DNA of 64,000 bases from a bacterium (GTDB lineage Bacteria > UBA8248), in NCBI GenBank assembly GCA_965199855.1, contig OZ241326.1:2432001-2496000 (forward strand), in the 5' to 3' direction. The notes beneath the pieces were generated by a model. That model saw only the letters and a program-made list of their open reading frames with translations, had not been told where the DNA came from and ran no database searches. The translations under genes and the position numbers were made by a program. This document shows positions 35,229-43,720 of the stretch, in pieces (within the stretch, counting starts at the first letter, position 1; each line of letters begins with the position of its first letter).

Positions 35229-36512
35229 ATGAGCCGTTTGGACAGAAGGAAATTCCTGAAGGGCGCCGGCCTCATCGGCGGCGTCGTGGCCGCGCAGACG
35301 GCGCCCCCTTTCCTGAAGGAGGGACTCGGCGCGCGCCCGATCAAGTGGGGATCCATCCACCCCACGACGGGCCCCTACTCCACCGAGGCCTTCGACCAGG
35401 TGGAGGGCGTCAAGATCGCCATCGAGGACGTCAACAGGGAAGGCGGCGTGGACGGGCGCAAGGTGCAGCTGCTGTTCCGCGACGATCAGTTCAAGTGGGA
35501 TCAGACCACCACGCACGCCCTCGACCTGATCGACAACCACCGCGTTGACTTCATCGCGGGCTCCATGGTCGGGCCCGAGGAGATCCGGCTCAACGAGTTC
35601 TCCCGCAAGCGCAAGATCATCTACGCGAACTATCCCCAGCACATCCTCTCCACCCCGGGCAACGCGAACAAGATGTCGCCCCTGTTCTTCACGGCGAACA
35701 CCACGCCGTATCAGCTGGCGGCGAGTTCGATCACCTACATCGCCCAGAACAATATCGGCAAGAAGATTCACTGCCTCTTCGACGACTACATCTGGCCCAA
35801 GATGTTCGTCCCCGCCTTCAAGAAGCTGACGAAGGACTTCAATCTCTCCTGGAACGCGGACAGCTCCGTCTCCTGGGTGCCCTTCCCGACCTCGATGGAC
35901 TATTCCGCGGCCTTCCCGAGGATTCTGAAGGAGAAGCCCGATATCCTCTTCGTGCTGTGCTGGGGGCAGCGGCAGGTCGCCTTCGTCAAGCAGGCGCGCG
36001 AGGCGGGCCTCGGCGAGAAGGTGAAGATCGTCCTCGGCGCCACCGAGATCACCATCCCCGAGGCCGTGGGCCCCGGCTCCTACGAGGGCTTCAACTCGGC
36101 GATGATGTGGCATCCCTCCCTCGCCGGCCAATACCCGGCCTCCGACGCGCTCAACAAGAAGTTCCTGGCGCGCCGCAAGCGCCCGTGCTCGAGCTACGGA
36201 ATGCTCGCCCACGACCTCACCCGGCTGATCCTGGACACGGCGAAGGAGACGAAGCTCTACAAGCGCCGCGACCACTTCAAGCTCGCGCGCGTCCTGGAAG
36301 GCAAGAAGTTCCAGTACAGCAAGGGCCCGTGCCAGATTCGCGCCTGCGACCACGTGTGCGTCTCGGAGGTCTTCGTCCTGCGCGGCAAGTCCAAGGCCGA
36401 GATGAAGGACAAGTTCGACCACCTCGAGGTCGTCGGCTCCTCCAGCGGCGAGGGCAACACCGTCTCCTGCGAGGCGAAGGGCCTGAAGGGCCCCGCCAGC
36501 GCGAGAGGCTAG
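35229..36512 (+). CDS. ABC substrate-binding protein (LivJ/K-like) with a Tat signal
   Basis: DRRKFLK twin-arginine motif; NREGGVDGRKV. Confidence 0.9.
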   Translation: MSRLDRRKFLKGAGLIGGVVAAQTAPPFLKEGLGARPIKWGSIHPTTGPYSTEAFDQVEGVKIAIEDVNREGGVDGRKVQLLFRDDQFKWDQTTTHALDLIDNHRVDFIAGSMVGPEEIRLNEFSRKRKIIYANYPQHILSTPGNANKMSPLFFTANTTPYQLAASSITYIAQNNIGKKIHCLFDDYIWPKMFVPAFKKLTKDFNLSWNADSSVSWVPFPTSMDYSAAFPRILKEKPDILFVLCWGQRQVAFVKQAREAGLGEKVKIVLGATEITIPEAVGPGSYEGFNSAMMWHPSLAGQYPASDALNKKFLARRKRPCSSYGMLAHDLTRLILDTAKETKLYKRRDHFKLARVLEGKKFQYSKGPCQIRACDHVCVSEVFVLRGKSKAEMKDKFDHLEVVGSSSGEGNTVSCEAKGLKGPASARG

Positions 36513-36667
36513 ACGAAGGGGCCGCGGAAGCGTCTTCGGACGCCGGCCGGGGCGGCTGGACATCCGGCGTTCAGCCGCCCCGGCTTTTCTCCCGCGGCGC
36601 GTGAGGGGGGCCTTCGTCCCGGACGCCGGCGGCCCCGCGATTTTCCCGGCTTTCAAGGAGTTGCGCA

Positions 36668-37648
36668 TTGCCCGGCGGCGGCGTCGAGTTCTCGGAGTTC
36701 GTCCAGCATCTGTTTCTCGGGCTGGTGCAGGGCTCCTTCTGGATTCTTCTGGCCCTCGGCCTCTCCATCATCTTCGGGCTGATGGGCATCATCAACTTCG
36801 GGCACGGCGCCTTCTACATGCTGGGGGCGTACGTGGGGTTCACGGTCTCGAACCTCGTGTTCATGCCGATCCTCGGGCCGAACCTGAGCTTCATCGTCGC
36901 CCTCGCCCTGGTGCCGGTGATCATGTTCGGCATCGGGATGGTCTTTGAGAAATACGTCATCAGCAACATCTACAACACCGAGAACGAGCGCTTCTCGGGC
37001 GTCCTCATCATGTTCGGCATGTCCATCTTCCTGCCCGACTTCGCGCGCTTCGTCTGGGGCAGGCCGGGGGTTCCCTTCAACATCCCGCCCATGTTCCAGT
37101 TCTCGCTCCTCAAGACGGGCACGCTCGACGTCACGGCCTATCGGAGCTTCGCCATCATCACAGCGGCGATTCTCGTCGCCCTCCTCTGGCTGCTCATCTA
37201 CAGGACGAACCTGGGCATGATGATCCGCGCCGGAACCAACAACAACACGATGGTGAAGGTGCTGGGCATCAACGTCTCGCGCATCTGGCGGCTCACGTTC
37301 GGGCTGGGCATCGCCCTCGCGGGCTTCTCCGGCGTCATGATCGCCCCCCTGTTCGCCGTGGACGCCACCATGGGCGAGCTGATTCTGGTGCAGACGTTCA
37401 TCGTGGTCGTGGTCGGCGGCATGGGGAGCTTCATCGGCCCCGTCATCGGCGGGCTGATTCTGGGACAGCTCTGGGCGCTCACCCCCCTGGTGGGGAGAAC
37501 CCAATACGTGGTTCAGAACTGGACGGGCACTGTGATCGGCCCCGATTTCTGGGAAAAGGCTTCCGACATCCTGCTTTTCATCGTCATGGCGGTCATCCTC
37601 CTCCTGAGGCCGAGAGGCCTCTTCGGCCAGGAAGGCGCTTTTGACTAG
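36668..37648 (+). CDS. ABC permease, LivH-like
   Basis: Motifs GLSIIFGLMGIINFGHG and VVGGMGS. Confidence 0.9.
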   Translation: MPGGGVEFSEFVQHLFLGLVQGSFWILLALGLSIIFGLMGIINFGHGAFYMLGAYVGFTVSNLVFMPILGPNLSFIVALALVPVIMFGIGMVFEKYVISNIYNTENERFSGVLIMFGMSIFLPDFARFVWGRPGVPFNIPPMFQFSLLKTGTLDVTAYRSFAIITAAILVALLWLLIYRTNLGMMIRAGTNNNTMVKVLGINVSRIWRLTFGLGIALAGFSGVMIAPLFAVDATMGELILVQTFIVVVVGGMGSFIGPVIGGLILGQLWALTPLVGRTQYVVQNWTGTVIGPDFWEKASDILLFIVMAVILLLRPRGLFGQEGAFD

Positions 37649-37680
37649 GCATCCGGCTCATCCCGGAGGAGGCTTCTAGC

Positions 37681-38883
37681 GTGGACGGCGCGGCTCCGAA
37701 AAACCGCTTCACCCCCAGGGAGTTCTGGGCCTGGCTCGCGGAAGTCTTCGACAACTACGGCATCCTGATACTCGCGGGCCTCCTGCTCTTCTACCCGCCC
37801 CTGTTCAACGGCCTCAACGACAGCATCGTCTGGCTGGAGGACAACGACTGGGAGGCGAGCGCGGAGGTTCTCGCGGAGATTCGCGGCTTCATTCCCAGCA
37901 CGCCCCTGATGATCCAGATTCTCATCTACACGCTCTTCGGCGTCGCCTTCAACATCCTCCTCGGCAACACCGGAATGCTCAGCCTGGGCCACTGCGCGTT
38001 CTTCGGCGTGGGCGGCTACACCGTGGGCATCATGCACGCCTGGATCAAGCCCGGCACCTACGCCCCCGACTGGATGGTGAGCGCCTTCAGGGTGCTGCCC
38101 CTGGAAATCTCGCTCGTCACCTGCGTCCTCGTCTCCACCTTCGTCGCCTGGCTCATCGGCGCCATCTGCAGCTCGAAGCGCGGGGTGTATTTCGCCATGG
38201 TCACCCTCTCGATCAGCATGATCTTCTACTACTCCGCGCAGACGTTCGACGACCTCACGGGCGGAACGGACGGGCTGGGCGGCCTGGAGAACATGCGGCT
38301 CGGCTCCATCGGCCTGCGCGTGGGCATCATGGACGCGAGCGTCACCTACTACTTCGTCTATATCCTCAGCGCCGCGTTCATCGCCTTCATCTGGCAGGTG
38401 CTGCGCTCGCCGTTCGGACACGTCCTGCGGGCGGTCCGCGAGAACGAGAACCGCGCCCGCATCTGCGGCTACGACGTGGCGAAGGTGCGGCTCGCGGCGT
38501 TCACGATGAGCGGGGCGGTCTCCGGCGTCGCGGGCGCGCTGGCGATCATCTACGGCGAGACGGTGCCCATCGAGAACATCCACTTCATCACCTCGGGGCA
38601 GATCGTCATCATCACCCTCTTCGGGGGGGCGGGCGTCTTCCTGGGCCCCGCGGTGGGCTCGTTCATCTACTGGTATCTGCGGCAGCTGATGAGCGTGGAA
38701 TTCGTCAAATACCTGGCCATCTTCCAATACTGGGAGGCGTGGGTGGGCGGCATCTTCGTGCTGATCGTGCTCTTCGTGCCCTCGGGCATCCTGGGCACCA
38801 TCCGCAACGTGACGCTCGAATACCGCGAAAGAAAGTATCTGGCCAAGATCGGCGCGGCCGAAGCGGCGACCGAGACGGAATAG
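37681..38883 (+). CDS. ABC permease, LivM-like
   Basis: Motifs FNILLGNTGMLSLGH, GVYFAMVTL and AVRENENRA. Confidence 0.9.
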   Translation: MDGAAPKNRFTPREFWAWLAEVFDNYGILILAGLLLFYPPLFNGLNDSIVWLEDNDWEASAEVLAEIRGFIPSTPLMIQILIYTLFGVAFNILLGNTGMLSLGHCAFFGVGGYTVGIMHAWIKPGTYAPDWMVSAFRVLPLEISLVTCVLVSTFVAWLIGAICSSKRGVYFAMVTLSISMIFYYSAQTFDDLTGGTDGLGGLENMRLGSIGLRVGIMDASVTYYFVYILSAAFIAFIWQVLRSPFGHVLRAVRENENRARICGYDVAKVRLAAFTMSGAVSGVAGALAIIYGETVPIENIHFITSGQIVIITLFGGAGVFLGPAVGSFIYWYLRQLMSVEFVKYLAIFQYWEAWVGGIFVLIVLFVPSGILGTIRNVTLEYRERKYLAKIGAAEAATETE

Positions 38884-38889
38884 CGGAAA

Positions 38890-39624
38890 ATGCCCATCCT
38901 CGAGACGAAAAGCCTCAGCAAGCACTTCGACGCCCTCATCGCCGTGGACGGCGTGGACTACGCGGTGGAGGCCGGCGAGCTGCGCTCCATCATCGGCCCC
39001 AACGGCGCGGGCAAGACGACCTTCTTCAACATGATCGCGGGCGACCTGCTTCCCACGTCGGGACAGGTCGTCTTCGACGGGCGCGACGTCTCGGAGGCGC
39101 CCGCCCACGAGCGCTCCCATCTCGGCATCGGCCGCACCTACCAGATCACGAACATCTTCCCCAAGCTGAGCGTCATGGAGAACATCCGCATCGCCGCGCA
39201 GTCGCGCAAGACGACGTTCAACCTGTGGTCCACCGTCGCGCGCCACGGGGAGCTCATCGAGAAGGCGGACGAGATACTCGAGCGCATCGGCATGACGGAG
39301 AAGCGCGGCGAGCTGGCCGGCGCGCTCGCCCACGGCGAGCAACGCTATCTGGAAATCGGAATCGCCCTCGCCACCGACCCCAAGCTGCTCCTGCTCGACG
39401 AGCCGACCGCCGGCATGAGCCCCGAGGAGACGATTCAGACGGGCGAGTTCATCAAGGGCCTGGCCGACCCGCTGACCGTCGTGCTCGTGGAGCACGACAT
39501 GGAGGTGGTGCTGGGCATTTCGGACAAGATCACCGTGCTGCACAACGGCGCCTTCCTCGCCGAGGGAACGGTGGAGGAAGTCCGCGCGAACGCCGAGGTG
39601 CAGCGCGTCTATCTGAGGGAATGA
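38890..39624 (+). CDS. ABC ATP-binding protein, LivG-like
   Basis: Motifs GPNGAGKT, LLDEPTAGM and VEHDM. Confidence 0.9.
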   Translation: MPILETKSLSKHFDALIAVDGVDYAVEAGELRSIIGPNGAGKTTFFNMIAGDLLPTSGQVVFDGRDVSEAPAHERSHLGIGRTYQITNIFPKLSVMENIRIAAQSRKTTFNLWSTVARHGELIEKADEILERIGMTEKRGELAGALAHGEQRYLEIGIALATDPKLLLLDEPTAGMSPEETIQTGEFIKGLADPLTVVLVEHDMEVVLGISDKITVLHNGAFLAEGTVEEVRANAEVQRVYLRE

Positions 39625-40328
39625 TGCTCGAAGTCGAAACCATCAACACGTTCTACGGCCTGAGCCACGTGCTTCACGACCTGAGCCTGAAGGTCGGCGA
39701 GGGCGAGGCGGTGGCCTTCCTCGGCAGGAACGGGGCGGGCAAGTCCACCACCATGAAGACGATCATGGGGCTGCTGACGCCCCGAAGCGGCAGAATCGCC
39801 ATGCGGGGAAGCGACATCACCCGGGCGGAGGCGCACACCGTCTCGCTCGCGGGAATTTCATGGATTCCCGAGGATCGGCAGATATTCACCAACCTCACCG
39901 TGTATGAGAACCTCAAGATCAGCCGCATTCCCATCGACGGCGCCAGGAATCTCGACGCGCATCTCGACTGGATATTCTCGCTCTTCCCGCGCCTGAAGGA
40001 GCGCGTCAACAACAAGGGGAACCAGCTGAGCGGCGGCGAGCAGCAGATGCTCACCATGGCGCGGGGGCTCGGCACGGAGCCCAGGCTCATCATGGTGGAC
40101 GAGCCGACCGAGGGGCTGATGCCCGCCTACGTGGAAACCATCGAAAACGTGCTGGTGGAGATTCAGAAAAAAGGCATCGCCATCCTGCTCGTGGAGCAGA
40201 ACTTCCGCATGGCGCTCAGCATCACGAAGCGCGCCTACCTCATCGAGAAAGGCGTCATCCGCTGGGAGGGCGCCTCCGCCGACCTGATCGAGGATCAGGA
40301 AACCCGGATGCGCTACCTGGGCGTCTAG
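39621..40328 (+). CDS. ABC ATP-binding protein, LivF-like
   Basis: ATG overlaps the upstream stop; motifs GRNGAGKS, LSGGEQQM and DEPTEGL. Confidence 0.9.
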   Translation: MMLEVETINTFYGLSHVLHDLSLKVGEGEAVAFLGRNGAGKSTTMKTIMGLLTPRSGRIAMRGSDITRAEAHTVSLAGISWIPEDRQIFTNLTVYENLKISRIPIDGARNLDAHLDWIFSLFPRLKERVNNKGNQLSGGEQQMLTMARGLGTEPRLIMVDEPTEGLMPAYVETIENVLVEIQKKGIAILLVEQNFRMALSITKRAYLIEKGVIRWEGASADLIEDQETRMRYLGV

Positions 40329-40334
40329 GCGCGC

Positions 40335-41687
40335 TCAGGCCGGGGCGGGCGCCCCGCGCTCATCCACCAGGCGGCGCGCCTTCACGTCCCGCATCGGGTC
40401 GTGAATCTCGCCCGGGGCTGCGAATTCGAGAACGGGCCGTATCATCACCGCCTCGCGCACCCGCTCGGGCAGGGAGGCGCCGAGCCTCTCGCGCTCCGCC
40501 TCCTCGGCCTCGACGCGGACGACCATCTCGTCCATCGAGTCCGCGTCGCCGGGGATCGCCTTGCGAATCCTGATCTGAAACTCCCGAATCGCGCGATCCC
40601 TCCCCAGAAGGTCGAAGACGATCCCGGGGTTCACCAGCATCCCGCGAACCTTCAGCAGGTCGCCCGTTCTCCTCGGCGGGCTGACGATGCGCTCGCCCAG
40701 CCGGCCGCAGAGCGGGCAGCGCTCCCAGCGCAGGGCGATGACGTCCCCGATGAGGTAGCGCAGAAGCACCGTGCCGCGCCGGTGCAGGTGCGTGAGCGCA
40801 ATCGCCCCCTCCTCGCCCTCGGCCGCGCGCCGGCCCGTCTGCGGGTCCACCACCTCGAGCAGGTAGAGCTCGGGCACGACGTTGTGCGGCGCCGCCTCGT
40901 TCGCGCACTGGACGAGGCCGCCCTGCATCTCCGTCGCCGCGTAGCGCGCCCGCACCTGCGGCGCCTTCGCCCCGAAGTGCCGGAGGTGGTCCATGTACTC
41001 CTCGCGCAGGGCGTCGCTCACGGCCTCGCCCGTGGTGAGCGCCATGCGCGCGCGGGGGAGTTTCGCGCCCCGCTCCCGCGCCCTTCTCAGAAACCGGCGG
41101 ACGAAGCTCGGCACCCCCCAGATGATCGTGGCGTCCGCCGCCACGTCGATGGCCTCGTCGAGAGACCTCCGCACGGGATACTCCGGATGCGCGCCGCCCG
41201 TCAGCGCGCTCACCACCGGCAGGCCCATGATCTCGGCCGAGCGGACGCAGCAGAGAAACCCGCCCAGGGGCATGGGCGAGAGCGGGTAGAGGTTCGCTAT
41301 GAGGTCGCCGGCGCGCAGACCCTCCGCCTCGCTGCACGCCTTCGCCTGGAGCATGACGTGATATTGATCGTGCGTGGTGTTGAAGAAGGGGGAGGGCCGC
41401 CCGCTCGTGGTTCCCGTGGTGTAGGCCACGTTCCACATCGTCCGCTCCTCGAAGGGGAGCTCGGGCAGCCAGGCGGGGTCGAGGCTGAAGTCCCCGGGCG
41501 CCGCCATGAAGTCCTCCTTGCGCGTCAGGGGAATCTTCTGGAGGTCGTCGAGCTCCCGAATCGCCTCCGGAATCAGGTTCGCCTCGGCGAAGCGGCGCCT
41601 GTAGAAGGGGTGCGCCCGTCCGCACAGGGCGACCATGCGCCGCAGGCGCCTCCTTCGCAGCTCGTTCAGCGCGTCCTCTTCGCTCAT
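40335..41687 (-). CDS. Phenylacetate-CoA ligase (PaaK)-like adenylate-forming enzyme
   Basis: Motifs [22 protein letters not shown] and [12 protein letters not shown]. Confidence 0.85.
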   Translation of the reverse strand: MSEEDALNELRRRRLRRMVALCGRAHPFYRRRFAEANLIPEAIRELDDLQKIPLTRKEDFMAAPGDFSLDPAWLPELPFEERTMWNVAYTTGTTSGRPSPFFNTTHDQYHVMLQAKACSEAEGLRAGDLIANLYPLSPMPLGGFLCCVRSAEIMGLPVVSALTGGAHPEYPVRRSLDEAIDVAADATIIWGVPSFVRRFLRRARERGAKLPRARMALTTGEAVSDALREEYMDHLRHFGAKAPQVRARYAATEMQGGLVQCANEAAPHNVVPELYLLEVVDPQTGRRAAEGEEGAIALTHLHRRGTVLLRYLIGDVIALRWERCPLCGRLGERIVSPPRRTGDLLKVRGMLVNPGIVFDLLGRDRAIREFQIRIRKAIPGDADSMDEMVVRVEAEEAERERLGASLPERVREAVMIRPVLEFAAPGEIHDPMRDVKARRLVDERGAPAPA

Positions 41688-41707
41688 CCGGCGCGGCTCC
41701 CGCGTCC

Positions 41708-42103
41708 TCAGAAAATCCCGGCCGCCCGCTGGAGGCGGCGCACGTATTGCACGATCAGCGCGACCTCCTCCGGCCCCAGGCCCGGCACGGGCGGCATGTC
41801 CCCGAACTTCCAGTGGTGGCTCCTCACCCCGCGCTTCACCGCGAGGAAGAAGGCGGCGTCCGCGTGGTGGGAGGGTTCGTAAATCCGGTGAACCAGCGGC
41901 GGGCCGATGCGGGTGCCCCCGGCCTCCGGCCCGTGGCACCTCATGCAGTGGCGCGCGAACAGGGATTTTCCCGCCCCCGCGCCTCCGGCGTCCGCGGATT
42001 CAGGGGGCGGCGTCGGCGCGGGCGGGGCGGGCCGCTTCGTCAGCGTCACGAGAAGGACGAAGCTCCCCGCCAGCAAAAGCCCCGCCGCCACAGCCCGGCC
42101 CAT
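41708..42103 (-). CDS. Monoheme cytochrome c
   Basis: N-terminal anchor, CMRCH heme motif and distal Met in GDMPP. Confidence 0.85.
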   Translation of the reverse strand: MGRAVAAGLLLAGSFVLLVTLTKRPAPPAPTPPPESADAGGAGAGKSLFARHCMRCHGPEAGGTRIGPPLVHRIYEPSHHADAAFFLAVKRGVRSHHWKFGDMPPVPGLGPEEVALIVQYVRRLQRAAGIF

Positions 42104-42360
42104 CGCGCCCCCGCGCCTCGCTCTCGAATTCTCCCCAACCCTCGCCGCGCCCGAAAGCGCCGCGCCGCCGGGAGCAGATTAAACGGATTCGCCCGCCCAT
42201 TTCAAACCCCGCCGGGCGGGAGGGCGGCCCGCCTCGCGCGCCCTTGTCTCCCGCGCGATTTTTGAGGATTCTACCCGAAAGGGCGGCGTTGGCGGGAGGA
42301 GCGGCGCGCGCGGGCGCGTCCTCCTCCGCGCGGAGACCGGCGGCATCGGGGAGGCTGGCG

Positions 42361-42759
42361 ATGATCAGGAAAACGGACGCGCAGTGGCGGGAGCAGCTGA
42401 CGAAGGAGCAGTATCGCGTCACCCGGAAGGCGGGAACCGAGCGCGCCTTCAGCGGAAAATACTGGGACTGCCACGAGGACGGCCTCTACGCCTGCGTCTG
42501 CTGCGGGGAGGCGCTGTTCGACTCGGCCGCCAAGTTCGACTCGGGCACGGGCTGGCCGAGCTTCTTCGCGCCCATCGAGGCCGGGCGCGTGGCCGACGCG
42601 GAGGACAACTCCTTCTGGATGCGCCGCGTGGAGGCGCTGTGCGCGAACTGCGGCGCGCACCTGGGCCACGTCTTCCCCGACGGCCCGCCGCCCACCGGAC
42701 AGCGCTACTGCGTCAACTCCGCCTCGCTCGACCTCAAGCCGCGCGAGGCGTCGCCGTAG
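42361..42759 (+). CDS. msrB: Peptide methionine-R-sulfoxide reductase
   Basis: Motifs [32 protein letters not shown] and RYCVNS; GGAGG RBS. Confidence 0.95.
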   Translation: MIRKTDAQWREQLTKEQYRVTRKAGTERAFSGKYWDCHEDGLYACVCCGEALFDSAAKFDSGTGWPSFFAPIEAGRVADAEDNSFWMRRVEALCANCGAHLGHVFPDGPPPTGQRYCVNSASLDLKPREASP

Positions 42760-43078
42760 GGGTCGGGAACCGCCCGCGCCCCGTCAACGGGAACGGCGCG
42801 GGACGCATATATGCGTCCCCTACATACGAAATCGAACGCCGCCCGACCCCGTAGGGGGCGCATATATGCGCCCCGTTGCGGGCCCGGCGACGACACGGAT
42901 TGAATTCGTAGGGACAACCCCCTGTGGTTGTCCTTCGCGCGTATTCCCGCCCCACCAACGCGCGACCATCCCGTAGGGGTCGTTCGGGAACGACCCGCCG
43001 CCTCCGACGCGAATGTCTTTTGAATGCGGGCGGTTCCCGAATCGCGGGGCGGCCCCGGGGAGGGATCGCCCCTGCGAA
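42756..43078. repeat. REP cluster 4
   Basis: Same GTAG hairpin types and linkers as clusters 1-3. Confidence 0.85.
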
Positions 43079-43338
43079 ACCTGAAACCCGCGCGCCTCGC
43101 CGAACGGGGCGAACCCTCGCGGCGCTGCGCGCGCTCCGCCCCTTCCCGGCCGCTTTTCCGGCAGCGGGTTGCCGTCCGCAGCGGATTTTGATAGCCTCCC
43201 GCAACTCGTCGCATCCGCTCCCCCCGAGGCGCGCCCGCTCTCTGCCGTGAGGAGACGATACTTTTCATGCGTGAACCGCCGCCTTCGCGCCGGAAAACCA
43301 GCGATCTCCCCGTCCGCGCCTGCGAATCTCCCGCGGCG

Positions 43339-43367
43339 TTGCGCCCCGCGGCCGCCCGTGCTATAGT
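43339..43367 (+). promoter_or_regulatory. Sigma70-like promoter of AT3 (TTGCGC-N17-TATAGT, extended -10 TG)
   Basis: -35 at 43339-43344, TG at 43359-43360 and -10 at 43362-43367; predicted +1 near 43374-43375. Confidence 0.7.
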
Positions 43368-43375
43368 GAATCGGA

Positions 43376-43565
43376 AACTTCCCAACTTCCCAACTTCCCA
43401 ACTTCCCAACTTCCCAACTTCCCAACTTCCCAACTTCCCAACTTCCCAACTTCCCAACTTCCCAACTTCCCAACTTCCCAACTTCCCAACTTCCCAACTT
43501 CCCAACTTCCCAACTTCCCAACTTCCCAACTTCCCAACTTCCCAACTTCCCAACTTCCCAACTTC
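43376..43565 (+). repeat. Perfect 8-bp tandem array (AACTTCCC) x23 plus a partial unit, in the AT3 leader
   Basis: No mismatch across 43376-43559, followed by AACTTC. Confidence 0.95.
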
Positions 43566-43720
43566 TTGAAGATCGGGACGCCGTCTCCTCTTCTCCTGAC
43601 GGCGTGAAGCGGCGCGTGAAGCCCGCCCCCTCGCGGAGGCGCGCCGCGTCATCCCCTGACGACAGTCCCGGCGCGTTCATGGCAGCGCGCCCTTCTCGTT
43701 CAATCGAAAGGACAGTTCAC

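Noticed and set aside
42361-42759. MsrB as a selenoprotein
   Set aside because: The catalytic residue is Cys (RYCVNS, TGC); there is no in-frame UGA.
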